From a virus (Duplodnaviria > Caudoviricetes): a stretch of DNA of 25,722 nucleotides. Of the stretch, positions 17,879-25,722 are shown in pieces. How positions within the stretch are numbered: position 1 is the stretch's first letter; each line of letters starts with the position of its first letter. The notes under the pieces were generated by a model. It was not told the origin of the DNA and searched no databases. It saw only the letters and a program-made list of their open reading frames with translations. The stretch lies in IMG/VR virus record IMGVR_UViG_3300010052_000012, positions 1 to 25,722 of that record; one strand, written 5' to 3'. Made by a program: the position numbers and the translations under genes.

Positions 17879-18796
17879 TCAAGCCTTTCGATTGATTTCC
17901 TTGATGAACGCCTCGAAGGTCGCCTGTCCGTCCGCAACCGCGTCGACGAGGCCGATCTCCAGCGCCTGCTTGGCCGAGAAAGTCTCGGCCTCGGTTTTCA
18001 ACGCATCCGACTTGGAGAACCGGGCTCCGCGCGCCTTCCCCACGACCATGGCGAAGCGATCACGCATCTCATCGACCTCAGTCTGCCACTTCCCGTGAAT
18101 TCCACTCGCGAGAGGCTCGAAGGGATTGCCATCTACCTTGTGCTTGCCGGCATGGATGAACGTGACCTTGATGCCTTCCTGCTCCATCGCTCCACTAAAA
18201 TCAGCATGCATCATCACGACGCCGATCGATCCCGCCCCTCCGAACTCAGGCATGACAACTTGGCGAGCCTGGCTTGCGAGAAGGTATCCAGCCGAATAGG
18301 CATAGTCGGTGAGGATGGAGATAGTCGGCTTCTCGCGCGAGAGTTGCCTCATATCTTCCGCAGTTTCGAAGGCCCCGTTGACCTGCCCGCCGAAGCTGTC
18401 CACTTCGAATACGACGCCCTTGACGGCCTCTGAACGCCGCGCTCGTGCGATCTGCATTCGCAAACCTTCATAGGACGTCTCACCAGAAGATGACCCGACC
18501 CATGAACCTTTCTGGATCAAGGTGCCTTCAACGGCGATGACGGCAACATTGTCGATCACCTGAAAAGGCGTGACGTTGTGCCTGTCATAGGCCCTGCCCA
18601 GCCGGTCGCCAAGCACGCCGGCCGAGGGCCGACCGCCGCTGAATGCAACATGGTCGACCGGGTCACGACCGTTGACGATCGTAATTTCCCTCCCGGTCAG
18701 GCGCGGGCCAATGCTCCGGATGAAAGCGGCTGCTTTCCTTGCATCGTAAAGGTGGGGTTGGTCGAAAACGATCTGAGTAAGATGCTCGTAAGGCAT
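17879..18796 (-). CDS. Capsid maturation protease, S49 family (lambda gpC-like)
   Basis: VDSFGGQVNG, AYSAGYLLASQA, GSIGVV and AGKHKVDGNPFEPL. The start could be 18808 instead. Confidence 0.93.
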   Translation of the reverse strand: MPYEHLTQIVFDQPHLYDARKAAAFIRSIGPRLTGREITIVNGRDPVDHVAFSGGRPSAGVLGDRLGRAYDRHNVTPFQVIDNVAVIAVEGTLIQKGSWVGSSSGETSYEGLRMQIARARRSEAVKGVVFEVDSFGGQVNGAFETAEDMRQLSREKPTISILTDYAYSAGYLLASQARQVVMPEFGGAGSIGVVMMHADFSGAMEQEGIKVTFIHAGKHKVDGNPFEPLASGIHGKWQTEVDEMRDRFAMVVGKARGARFSKSDALKTEAETFSAKQALEIGLVDAVADGQATFEAFIKEINRKA

Positions 18797-18798
18797 AG

Positions 18799-19068
18799 TT
18801 ACCTGCATCCTCCTACAAATCTCAATCTTTTGGCGTAACGCAGACGGGTACCGCTCCGCACGGCGCAGGCGCCGTCATATCGGGCGATCAGCGCTTGCAG
18901 TTTGTTCAGGTTCGCTACCGTCCACTGCACCTCGTCATTGCCGAAGCGCGTACGGACCACACCCCCGCCGCTGGCGACAAGAAGCTCGACCTTTTTCAGT
19001 TCGGCTGCGACCGCGCACGGATCGTCCAGATCGACGGAAACGCCGTTGATGCTGACCATGTTCGGCAT
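18799..19068 (-). CDS. Head-tail joining protein (lambda gpW-like)
   Basis: 89 aa helix-hairpin-helix pattern (LLVASGGGVVRTRFGNDEVQWTVANLNKLQALIARY) with a basic tail; TGATG overlap with the portal gene. Confidence 0.7.
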   Translation of the reverse strand: MPNMVSINGVSVDLDDPCAVAAELKKVELLVASGGGVVRTRFGNDEVQWTVANLNKLQALIARYDGACAVRSGTRLRYAKRLRFVGGCR

Positions 19069-20696
19069 CAGGCGTTTTCTTTCTTCTTCGGCTTCGGCTC
19101 GTCCTTGATGAGATCGTCCTTCTCGCCCGCGCCAGGGTTGCGCACAAACGGCGACGTCATGCCCGCCTCCTCGTAGCGCTTGTGCCAGTAGAGCCGCCGC
19201 TCGAAGACTTCCTCCGCATCGAGTCCTATCTCAGCGCACTCGACATCCAGTGTCGATGTGCCGTTCTGGAGCCGCTCGCTGGCCGCTTTCGCGCTCTTCT
19301 GGTCGTCGGCGGTCGCCTTGGCCGGACCCTGCCAGGTCGTCCAGAGAACCTTGTCGCGGTTCGCCGCAAAAGCAGCATATCCGCCCTTGAACGGCAGGCG
19401 CCCCTCGCCGATCAGTTCGTCCACCAGATGCTCGTAGGCGATCTGGCTGATCGGCGCGGCAATCCGCTCGCGCCGGCGCGTCACCACCGGATGAAGCGAT
19501 GCCCCCTCCATGCGGGTGGAGGAATAGGTCGCCCCATCGTAGTCGAGCGAATAGGCGCTCGATGAAATGCCAATCGCCCGCGCCATGCCGCGCTTTAACT
19601 CATTGGAGACGGGTAGGAACTGTGGCCCTGGAATGCCGGTCGACATCAGATCCAGTTTCTCACCCGGTGCCAGATGCGAGACCTTCGGATCGCTGCTCAC
19701 CGAGATCTCGCTCTCGGCCGCCCGGTCGAGCGCCCCGAGAAGATAGTCGCGGAATTCGTCCCGCGCCGATTTCTCCCCTTCCCTTTCGCCAAGAGCCTCC
19801 AACGCCTCGAAAGCCTCGGCCGACGGCTTCTCGCTGGTCAGCGCCACCGCGAAGACGGTCTGCAGGATCTGCGCCTGTATCGTCGTGTCGACCAGAAGCT
19901 CCCACTGCAGATACTCGCGGAACGCCGCGACCAGCCGCGAGATGCCCCGCACGTCATTGCTATCGATCGGGTCGAACACATGAGCGACCATCTGCCGGCC
20001 GGCCGCGTCATAGGCCCGATGATCGCGTTTCACGACGATGCCGGTTTCCCGCTCCGCCAGCCGATAGGCCACCGGTCGGCCGTTCTCATCGTGAACGACG
20101 CCCTGGTACAGACCCTCGAATTCGTTCGTGTCCTGTACCAGCGCCGTCGGAGTGGTCAGGCAGATTTTCGACCCCGACGAGATGCCGTAGCGCCGCCGCT
20201 GCGCCGACGGCATGTAATCCATCAGCGCTAGAGATTCGCCGTAGACCACGTCATGCCGAAGCGCGATGTCTACCATCTGCGGCGCGGTGAATTTGCCCTT
20301 CAGGTCGCATTCGCGTGGGTTCCACGCCCAGCGTTTCCATTCTGCCTTCAGCAACTTGGTGAAGGCGTCCGTCTCGTCCCGGCTGTATCCCAGCTTGGAC
20401 AGGTCCGGCAGCGGGTTCAGCACCAACTCGACCCCGACCGTGTCGGCGATCACTTGGTCGACCGCACCGCGCAACCGCCCTGAATTCTGGATAATGTCCA
20501 TGGCGAGCCCGGCGGCTCGACGCCAGGCGATGCGCACGTCATCACGGTGGCTGCGCAGCGCAGTGCTTCGCGTCGACAGGATCGACGAACGCGTGTCGCG
20601 CAGATAGCCAGCCTTCGGTGTCGGGCGCGCCTCGGCTGATCTAAATGGCGTGAAGGCGCGGGCCACCTTCGTCAACAGTGACGGTTTCCCGCTCAT
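19068..20696 (-). CDS. Portal protein, lambda family
   Basis: Start at ATG 20696 (ATGA overlap with terminase). Motifs QGVVHDENGRPVAY, HVFDP...DVRGIS, HLAPGEKL and DYDGATYSSTR. Confidence 0.93.
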   Translation of the reverse strand: MSGKPSLLTKVARAFTPFRSAEARPTPKAGYLRDTRSSILSTRSTALRSHRDDVRIAWRRAAGLAMDIIQNSGRLRGAVDQVIADTVGVELVLNPLPDLSKLGYSRDETDAFTKLLKAEWKRWAWNPRECDLKGKFTAPQMVDIALRHDVVYGESLALMDYMPSAQRRRYGISSGSKICLTTPTALVQDTNEFEGLYQGVVHDENGRPVAYRLAERETGIVVKRDHRAYDAAGRQMVAHVFDPIDSNDVRGISRLVAAFREYLQWELLVDTTIQAQILQTVFAVALTSEKPSAEAFEALEALGEREGEKSARDEFRDYLLGALDRAAESEISVSSDPKVSHLAPGEKLDLMSTGIPGPQFLPVSNELKRGMARAIGISSSAYSLDYDGATYSSTRMEGASLHPVVTRRRERIAAPISQIAYEHLVDELIGEGRLPFKGGYAAFAANRDKVLWTTWQGPAKATADDQKSAKAASERLQNGTSTLDVECAEIGLDAEEVFERRLYWHKRYEEAGMTSPFVRNPGAGEKDDLIKDEPKPKKKENA

Positions 20697-22693
20697 TTGC
20701 GCCTTTTCCATCTGGCTCGACCCGATGTGGTCGCATTTTTCTGTTCGGTGTTCACAGGAACCGGAGATGCAGCGACCGGCATCCGCAACGGTTCAAGCAG
20801 GTCAGGCTCAGTTGCCTGGGGTCGCAACCTCCGGCGCAACGCCGCCCAGTCATCAGCCTTCATGCTCGACAGGCCGAGCATCTCGGCCATCGCCATGGCG
20901 TATATGCGCGCATCGAGACAGTGATTATCCGGACGCAGTCGCCGCCATTCTTCCTTGAACTTGCCCTTCACGACCTCGGCCACGAAGCTCTCGGCCGTGA
21001 TCTGGAGAAAATACTCCTTCGGCAGAAAGGCGCCGAAATGCACGTAGCCTGCCGGGTCCGCGGGTTGCCCGGCCGCTTGGCCAGGCTTGTGCAGATTGGC
21101 GTAGAACTCACTCTTGAGCCCCCAGGTGCCGACCGGCCAAAGCAGGGCACTACCAAAACGCTTGCGTTTGCCCCGCTTGGTCACCGACTTCTTCGCCGGC
21201 ACACTGATAGCTGGTACCCCGCGTCCGCCAACACCTTTGATCGCGTAAGCGCTCGCACGACGCCGGCACCATTCCAGCACCTGGTTGGTCCGACCTCCGT
21301 CGCCGCCGTCAACCGCCAACGCCTCAATCTGTCGAGTATTACCGAACGCATCGTCGATCGGTTGGCGGAAAAGCTGATCCAGTGCGACCCAGGCCCCAGC
21401 GGCCGCGTTGTCGGTCGCGCCCTCGAGGAACTTCACCGAGATAGACCAGCTCTGCCGGTCTTCGCCGAAGGCTACGATCTCGACCCAGATTCCGTTGTGC
21501 TGGACATCGGCGCCCGCGACCAGGATCAGCCCTTCCGCGGGGATAAGCAGCTCCCTATAATTCTCCCGCCGCTCCATGAGGCGTTCATGGTCAGGGGCGT
21601 TGCCCTTTTCCTTTGCCGGCAGGCCGAGGACGAGGTTGAAGACACCCTTGTCACCCAACCCGCCGGGCTTGGCATGGTTGAGCACGTCCTCTGCGATGGC
21701 CTCGTAGCTCATCATCAGGCTGTCGAAAGCGTCGACGTGAAATCCCGGGTGCCGGTCGGGTCCCGTCGCCGTTGCGACGTACCGGCCCTTCCGCACGCCG
21801 ATAACCCGCTCCGTCTCGCTGATCACATGACCGCAAGACGGGCACCCGTAGAAGCTGTTATGCGGATGCAGCCGGTCGAGGTGGAAGCCCTCGAATACTT
21901 GCTTGAATTCGTGTCCGCATTCCATGCAGGCGATATTCCAGTACCGCTGGTCGGACCGCCGAAACGACCGGTCTATGCGACAGTGACCGGGCGCGTCGCC
22001 AAGTTCGTCGCCAGTATCAATCTCCGGCGTCGAGAGTTCGAAGATCTTGAAGTTCTTCGTGCGCCGGAAGGCCGTGAAGCGGCCAAAAAACAGCGTCTCC
22101 GGATCGTCGCCGTTGACGTGGTTCTGCCACTTCGACACTTCGTCCTTCACACCGAAACGCGTGGTCTTGCCCGAAAGGTCGGTCGCAACGTTGGCGTTGG
22201 CGAGCATCAACGACCCGCCGGCGAACCGCTTCTCATAAATCGTCGACCCGGCGCCCGAGCGAGCGACCGCGGGAAAGATCACCGTCTTGCCGGTCTCCCG
22301 CTGCCATGCCTCGATGAGCGGCTGCAGCTTCTGACTGTTCATGTCCTGCAGGAAGTCGATCGAGGGCAAGCCGTAGATCGTATTGTCCGGCGCCGTCTCC
22401 GCGATGAACAGCGCCCAGGAGAGCGCCAGGATGGAGACGCCTGTCTGCTGCGATTTGCGCACCGTCACCAGGTTGCACGGATGCTCAGGACTGAGGCAGT
22501 CGGCGATTTCGCCAAGATAGGGCGCATCTTCAAGCGCCCAGAAATCTCCCTTCTTCGGCCCGTCAACGAGCACAATGTTTTTCGGCAGCCACTCGCGGAA
22601 CGGCATCGGCGGCCTGGGCCGGATGGCGTCCGCGAGCGCATATCCGACCAGTCGCAATGCTCCCGGGTGGCCGGGTCCGAGATGCACGGTCAC
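20693..22693 (-). CDS. Terminase large subunit (lambda gpA family)
   Basis: 666 aa with Walker A RKSQQTGVS, Walker B VKDEVS, STPEI, CxxC pairs, LVAGADVQ and DNHCLDARIYA. Confidence 0.95.
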   Translation of the reverse strand: MTVHLGPGHPGALRLVGYALADAIRPRPPMPFREWLPKNIVLVDGPKKGDFWALEDAPYLGEIADCLSPEHPCNLVTVRKSQQTGVSILALSWALFIAETAPDNTIYGLPSIDFLQDMNSQKLQPLIEAWQRETGKTVIFPAVARSGAGSTIYEKRFAGGSLMLANANVATDLSGKTTRFGVKDEVSKWQNHVNGDDPETLFFGRFTAFRRTKNFKIFELSTPEIDTGDELGDAPGHCRIDRSFRRSDQRYWNIACMECGHEFKQVFEGFHLDRLHPHNSFYGCPSCGHVISETERVIGVRKGRYVATATGPDRHPGFHVDAFDSLMMSYEAIAEDVLNHAKPGGLGDKGVFNLVLGLPAKEKGNAPDHERLMERRENYRELLIPAEGLILVAGADVQHNGIWVEIVAFGEDRQSWSISVKFLEGATDNAAAGAWVALDQLFRQPIDDAFGNTRQIEALAVDGGDGGRTNQVLEWCRRRASAYAIKGVGGRGVPAISVPAKKSVTKRGKRKRFGSALLWPVGTWGLKSEFYANLHKPGQAAGQPADPAGYVHFGAFLPKEYFLQITAESFVAEVVKGKFKEEWRRLRPDNHCLDARIYAMAMAEMLGLSSMKADDWAALRRRLRPQATEPDLLEPLRMPVAASPVPVNTEQKNATTSGRARWKRRK

Positions 22694-23295
22694 AAATCGT
22701 CCGTCTCAAGCGGCTCGTCGTGCTCGGACGCCTGTTCGACGATCGCCGCCATCTTATCCGCGATCTCGCTGTTCAGATCGAATGCGATCGTTCGGAGCAA
22801 CACGCGCAGACCGTGCGCACCTTCCCGCGACACCGCCATTGCCATGTCATCGGCCTTGTTCTGCAGCCGGTTGATCAGGCTCTGGATCTCCCGGCCGCAG
22901 ACGGTCAGTGCCTCCCGCGTCCGGTCGGCACGTATGAGCGATCCGATCTCCTCTTGCCGCAGGATCTTCTGGCGACCGACCTTGAGCCAGGCCTCCTGCC
23001 GAAGCGCCTCGTCGCGGGATGTGCTCGAGGGAGCGGCTCCACCGCTGGTAGACAGCGGCGGTGCAGAACTCTCCCGGCGAGCCGCCGCCACCTTTTCGGA
23101 GCTGGCGAACTCACCGCGGTAGTGATCGTAGTGCGCGAGGCTGAAGCGCACGACGCGATCGCGCCCGTCACGCTCAACCGGCAGTCCGTGCTTTTCAACC
23201 AGGTGCCGCACAATCTTGGTGACGGCCTGCTTCGTCACGCCGTCGCGCGCAGCAACCTCGCCCGGCGTCGTCATGACGTCGTTTTCGCCTGCCAT
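22690..23295 (-). CDS. Terminase small subunit (Nu1-like)
   Basis: Start reassigned to ATG 23295. N-terminal HTH TPGEVAARDGVTKQAVTKIV and helical C-terminus; overlaps the large subunit start. Confidence 0.8.
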   Translation of the reverse strand: MAGENDVMTTPGEVAARDGVTKQAVTKIVRHLVEKHGLPVERDGRDRVVRFSLAHYDHYRGEFASSEKVAAARRESSAPPLSTSGGAAPSSTSRDEALRQEAWLKVGRQKILRQEEIGSLIRADRTREALTVCGREIQSLINRLQNKADDMAMAVSREGAHGLRVLLRTIAFDLNSEIADKMAAIVEQASEHDEPLETDDL

Positions 23296-23300
23296 CAGTT

Positions 23301-23418
23301 CTGACAACTTCCTTCGCGGGCGCTGACAACCCTGACAACCCAAATTTGCGGGCTATGAAACTGGCGCCTTTCCGGGCGCTTCTCCGCCCGTGGGGCGGCG
23401 GAACGCCGAAACGGTCCC
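23301..23418 (-). other. Putative cos packaging site (cosQ-like 23412-23418, cosN-like 23373-23390, cosB-like repeats 23301-23339)
   Basis: GGGACCG, then the dyad CGGGCG-GAGAAG-CGCCCG, then three GTTGTCAG repeats, immediately upstream of the small terminase. Confidence 0.7.
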
Positions 23419-23435
23419 TACACCGGGGGATGCCG

Positions 23436-24014
23436 TCAGCTGAAGGCACCGCCGGTCGCGCGGGTGATCTCATGCTCAATACGCTGAGGCAGCACCCTCG
23501 CGACAGTCGAGGTGAACGCAGCTGCGGTCGCGCCCTTCACCATTTCGGCCGGGATGATCACGCCCGAGTTCTTCAGTTCGATGGGGACACGCCCTGCCCC
23601 CACACGCTGGAACACATGGCCACCCATGCCGAGTGGCACGCGGTTCGGAAACCGGCCGCCTTTCAGGAATGCGCCTGCGAACATCGTGCGCTTGCCGAAC
23701 GGATTGGCGCTCACGCCCTTCCGGGTCTCCCGTGGCGAGAAATACTTGAGCGAAATGTCTCCGCCCCGCGTGGTCATGACATAACTCAGATCGCCGTAGT
23801 CCGGTCGCTTGACCTTGACCGCCTTGACGATAGTGGCCCGCTTCAATCCCGTCTGCGCTGTCAGCGCACGGATGACTTGCGTCTTGGCCATATCGCCGAC
23901 CCGGGCGACGCCGCGCTGCAGCACCTGCCGCATCTTCTTGTCGCCGAGGGCTTTCAGCGCGTTATCGAAGCGGATCATGCCGTCGACATTCTGCCAACGA
24001 ATGACCAGGCGCAC
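23436..24014 (-). CDS. Minor tail/neck protein (lambda gpZ-like)
   Basis: Very basic 192 aa with LKYFSPRETRKGV, FAGAF, HVFQRVGAGRVPI and LPQRIEHEI; GTG start with a GGGAG RBS. Confidence 0.75.
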   Translation of the reverse strand: MRLVIRWQNVDGMIRFDNALKALGDKKMRQVLQRGVARVGDMAKTQVIRALTAQTGLKRATIVKAVKVKRPDYGDLSYVMTTRGGDISLKYFSPRETRKGVSANPFGKRTMFAGAFLKGGRFPNRVPLGMGGHVFQRVGAGRVPIELKNSGVIIPAEMVKGATAAAFTSTVARVLPQRIEHEITRATGGAFS

Positions 24015-24029
24015 CGTCGCGCTCCCACG

Positions 24030-24059
24030 AAAAAACCCGCCTCGGAGGCCGGGCGGGCT
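24030..24059 (-). terminator. Rho-independent terminator in the late operon leader
   Basis: Minus strand AGCCCGCC-CGGCCTCCGA-GGCGGGTT followed by TTTT, about 15 nt before the gpZ start. Confidence 0.7.
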
Positions 24060-24061
24060 TT

Positions 24062-24114
24062 GATCTGATTTACCGTGAGTAGGTGTATGTCAATTTCTTG
24101 CCGCAAGTCAATTA
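24062..24114 (-). promoter_or_regulatory. Candidate late promoter
   Basis: TTGACT (24111-24106) and TTGACA (24093-24088) on the minus strand flank the palindrome CTTGC-G-GCAAG in an AT-rich patch. The -10 element is not unambiguous. Confidence 0.5.
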
Positions 24115-24917
24115 ACGCTACGACGCTTTTCTCGCGAGACAGGAGCTTCCACCAGTCGGACCCCGCCCGCATCGTACGGCAGCCACGGCGTCATCGAACG
24201 ATCGAACGGCGCAAGCCGATGAGCCTCGAGCTGCGACTTCATCTCACACTCCAGATGGCGGAGGGCTGCTATCCATATCTGATAATCGAGGCGACCAAGA
24301 ATATCGCCGAGCGGATCGGTGGAGAGTTCATGCCGCCTGTAAGCGCCTCGGAACGGACGCCCGCTTCGCGGGTTGAAGCCGTCCACCTCGAGCACGACAG
24401 CAGCGCCATTGGCATCAAGGACCTGCCGCTTGATGAACCAGGCAGGCTTTCCAGCACGCTCAACCATGCGGATACGCGAAGGCTCGGCAGAAACATCAAG
24501 TTCTCGACCAAGGGCGGCAGTTCCCGACACCAGCGTGACAATGGCCTCCCGACGCGTTTCGGCAGAGCGACCGACATAGTGCGACTTCGCCCGCCGTACC
24601 GCCTGCTCAACCAGGTCGGGCTCCGGAAGCACAGGCCAATCCGCGAGCGGCGCCCAATCGTCCGCGATCACGACATCAAGGTTACGCAGCGAGCGCACCG
24701 CATATCCGAGCGCCAACGCGTCGGGGTTCGGCTCACCCTGCTCGATGAAGTAGTTTTCACCACCGCCAAGGTAACGGCTCGTCTGAACGCGCGTACCGAG
24801 GCTGACGATCGTCCCCCAGGCTGAATTGCCATTTGCCAGCCCTTCCACACCTCCGCCTTTCGGCAACTCATGCACAAAAGCCCAATTCAGGAGCTCCTCA
24901 ATTGTCACCGTTTTCAT
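24108..24917 (-). CDS. Hypothetical protein; candidate late-gene regulator
   Basis: 269 aa with an AGAGGA RBS. No family is recognised; function is inferred from position only. Confidence 0.6.
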   Translation of the reverse strand: MKTVTIEELLNWAFVHELPKGGGVEGLANGNSAWGTIVSLGTRVQTSRYLGGGENYFIEQGEPNPDALALGYAVRSLRNLDVVIADDWAPLADWPVLPEPDLVEQAVRRAKSHYVGRSAETRREAIVTLVSGTAALGRELDVSAEPSRIRMVERAGKPAWFIKRQVLDANGAAVVLEVDGFNPRSGRPFRGAYRRHELSTDPLGDILGRLDYQIWIAALRHLECEMKSQLEAHRLAPFDRSMTPWLPYDAGGVRLVEAPVSREKRRSVN

Positions 24918-24930
24918 GGTCTTTTCCTCT

Positions 24931-25240
24931 TTGCGACACTTATCGATAGTTAGCGGTAGTTTTGCGATAGTTTGATAAGGGGATTTATTAAGATATTTCA
25001 GGTGGTTAAGTAGGGTTTACGACAGTTGCGATAGTTTCCCTTTCCTAATGGCGTGGGAAATCTTTTCCCCCAAACCCCTTCCTCACATATACGCCCCTGC
25101 AAAACTATCGCAGACTATCGCAAGCCATTGTTTTCATTTGTGAATTTGTCCCGTTCCAACTATCGCGAAGTCTCGCGAACCATCGCAACTGTCGCTGTCC
25201 AACCTCAATGATTTCAAAGGCTTCGACACCTGCGACAGTA
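24931..25240. repeat. AT-rich iteron array, probable replication origin
   Basis: About 12 copies of a GCGA(T/C)AGTT-like unit: direct at 24931-24972 and 25018-25036, inverted at 25103-25123 and 25158-25195, and one direct at 25231-25240. Confidence 0.75.
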
Positions 25241-25268
25241 GCGGACGCGCGAAAAGGGGTTACGGGGA

Positions 25269-25722
25269 TCATCGAAGGTGACCCTCGAAATCGGACTGTC
25301 CATCGGACCGCCCGGCCGGCACGTCGACCAGTTCGACGCCGCGATAGGTGATGACGCGCCCAGCGACGCGTTCGTACTTTTTCTGCATGATGAGGCCGAA
25401 GGCGGTCAGTGAGATCGGCTTGCCGCCCTGGTCGATCGTGAAGTCGACATAGGCCTGATAGAACTGTTTCGCCGTCACCTCGCTCTCGCCGCGCCTCACG
25501 CAGCGCGCGCAGAAGGCAGACGTGCGATCCATTTCGTCCCGATACTCCTGCGTCTTGGCCCGCACCGCCTCGGGTATCTTCAACCCCTCGCGTAGGAAGA
25601 TCAGCACGCCCTCGATCAGCCAGTTGAGGATGCCGGGATATTCAGGCGCGAAATCCGCCAGGACATCCTCGAATTCACGCTGGTCGGCCTCCGCGATGGT
25701 CTTCGGCCAGTGCACCACGGCC
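25269..25722 (-). CDS. P4-family primase/SF3 helicase, C-terminal part (5' end outside the window)
   Basis: EYPGILNWLIEG...PEAVRAKTQEYRDEMD...FC and a winged helix (AKQFYQAYVDF...SLTAFG...YRGVEL), typical of P4 alpha/D5 C-termini. Confidence 0.85.
   Translation of the reverse strand, partial: AVVHWPKTIAEADQREFEDVLADFAPEYPGILNWLIEGVLIFLREGLKIPEAVRAKTQEYRDEMDRTSAFCARCVRRGESEVTAKQFYQAYVDFTIDQGGKPISLTAFGLIMQKKYERVAGRVITYRGVELVDVPAGRSDGQSDFEGHLR

Larger units (their letters stand above)
1..25722 (-). mobile_element. Temperate phage/prophage segment: lambda-like head with P2-like contractile tail; continues beyond both window edges
   Basis: An unbroken run of minus-strand replication, packaging, head, baseplate, fibre and tail genes, many with overlapping stop/start codons. 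Confidence 0.95.

Noticed and set aside
20678-23122. 814-aa plus-strand ORF, and similar long plus-strand ORFs (8622-10148, 3377-4684, 11298-12440, 973-1902)
   Set aside because: They are antisense shadows of well-supported minus-strand genes, expected from GC-rich codon bias, and contain no recognisable motifs.
24931-25240. Repeat array as a CRISPR or satellite repeat
   Set aside because: Units are ~10 bp, degenerate, in both orientations and lack unique spacers; no cas genes are present.
1-25722. Tailocin, extracellular contractile injection system or gene transfer agent
   Set aside because: A complete head module, cos-type terminase, cos site, primase and origin point to a self-replicating phage.

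Overview
The whole window is one co-oriented minus-strand operon block of a temperate tailed phage, either a prophage or a circularised genome. It is GC-rich, and an alphaproteobacterial (rhizobial-type) host is inferred but not proven. Read right to left it contains: the 3' end of a P4/D5-type primase-helicase; an AT-rich iteron array (probable origin); a 269-aa unknown gene followed by a TTGAC promoter and terminator; a gpZ-like gene; a lambda-like cos site; a lambda-type packaging and head module (small and large terminase, portal, gpW, S49 protease, scaffold, decoration protein, capsid); neck genes; a P2-type baseplate (V, W, J, I); a five-gene adsorption module; then sheath, tube, a tail chaperone with a -1 frameshift, and a tape measure gene running off the left edge. 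The tape measure gene is missing from the ORF track. No lysis, integrase, tRNA, CRISPR or defence genes are seen. The most interesting signals are the candidate non-canonical late antitermination system, the lambda-like cosQ/cosN/cosB site, the iteron origin, and a tail collar domain split by a beta-propeller. All family calls come from motif recognition and synteny; no searches were run.
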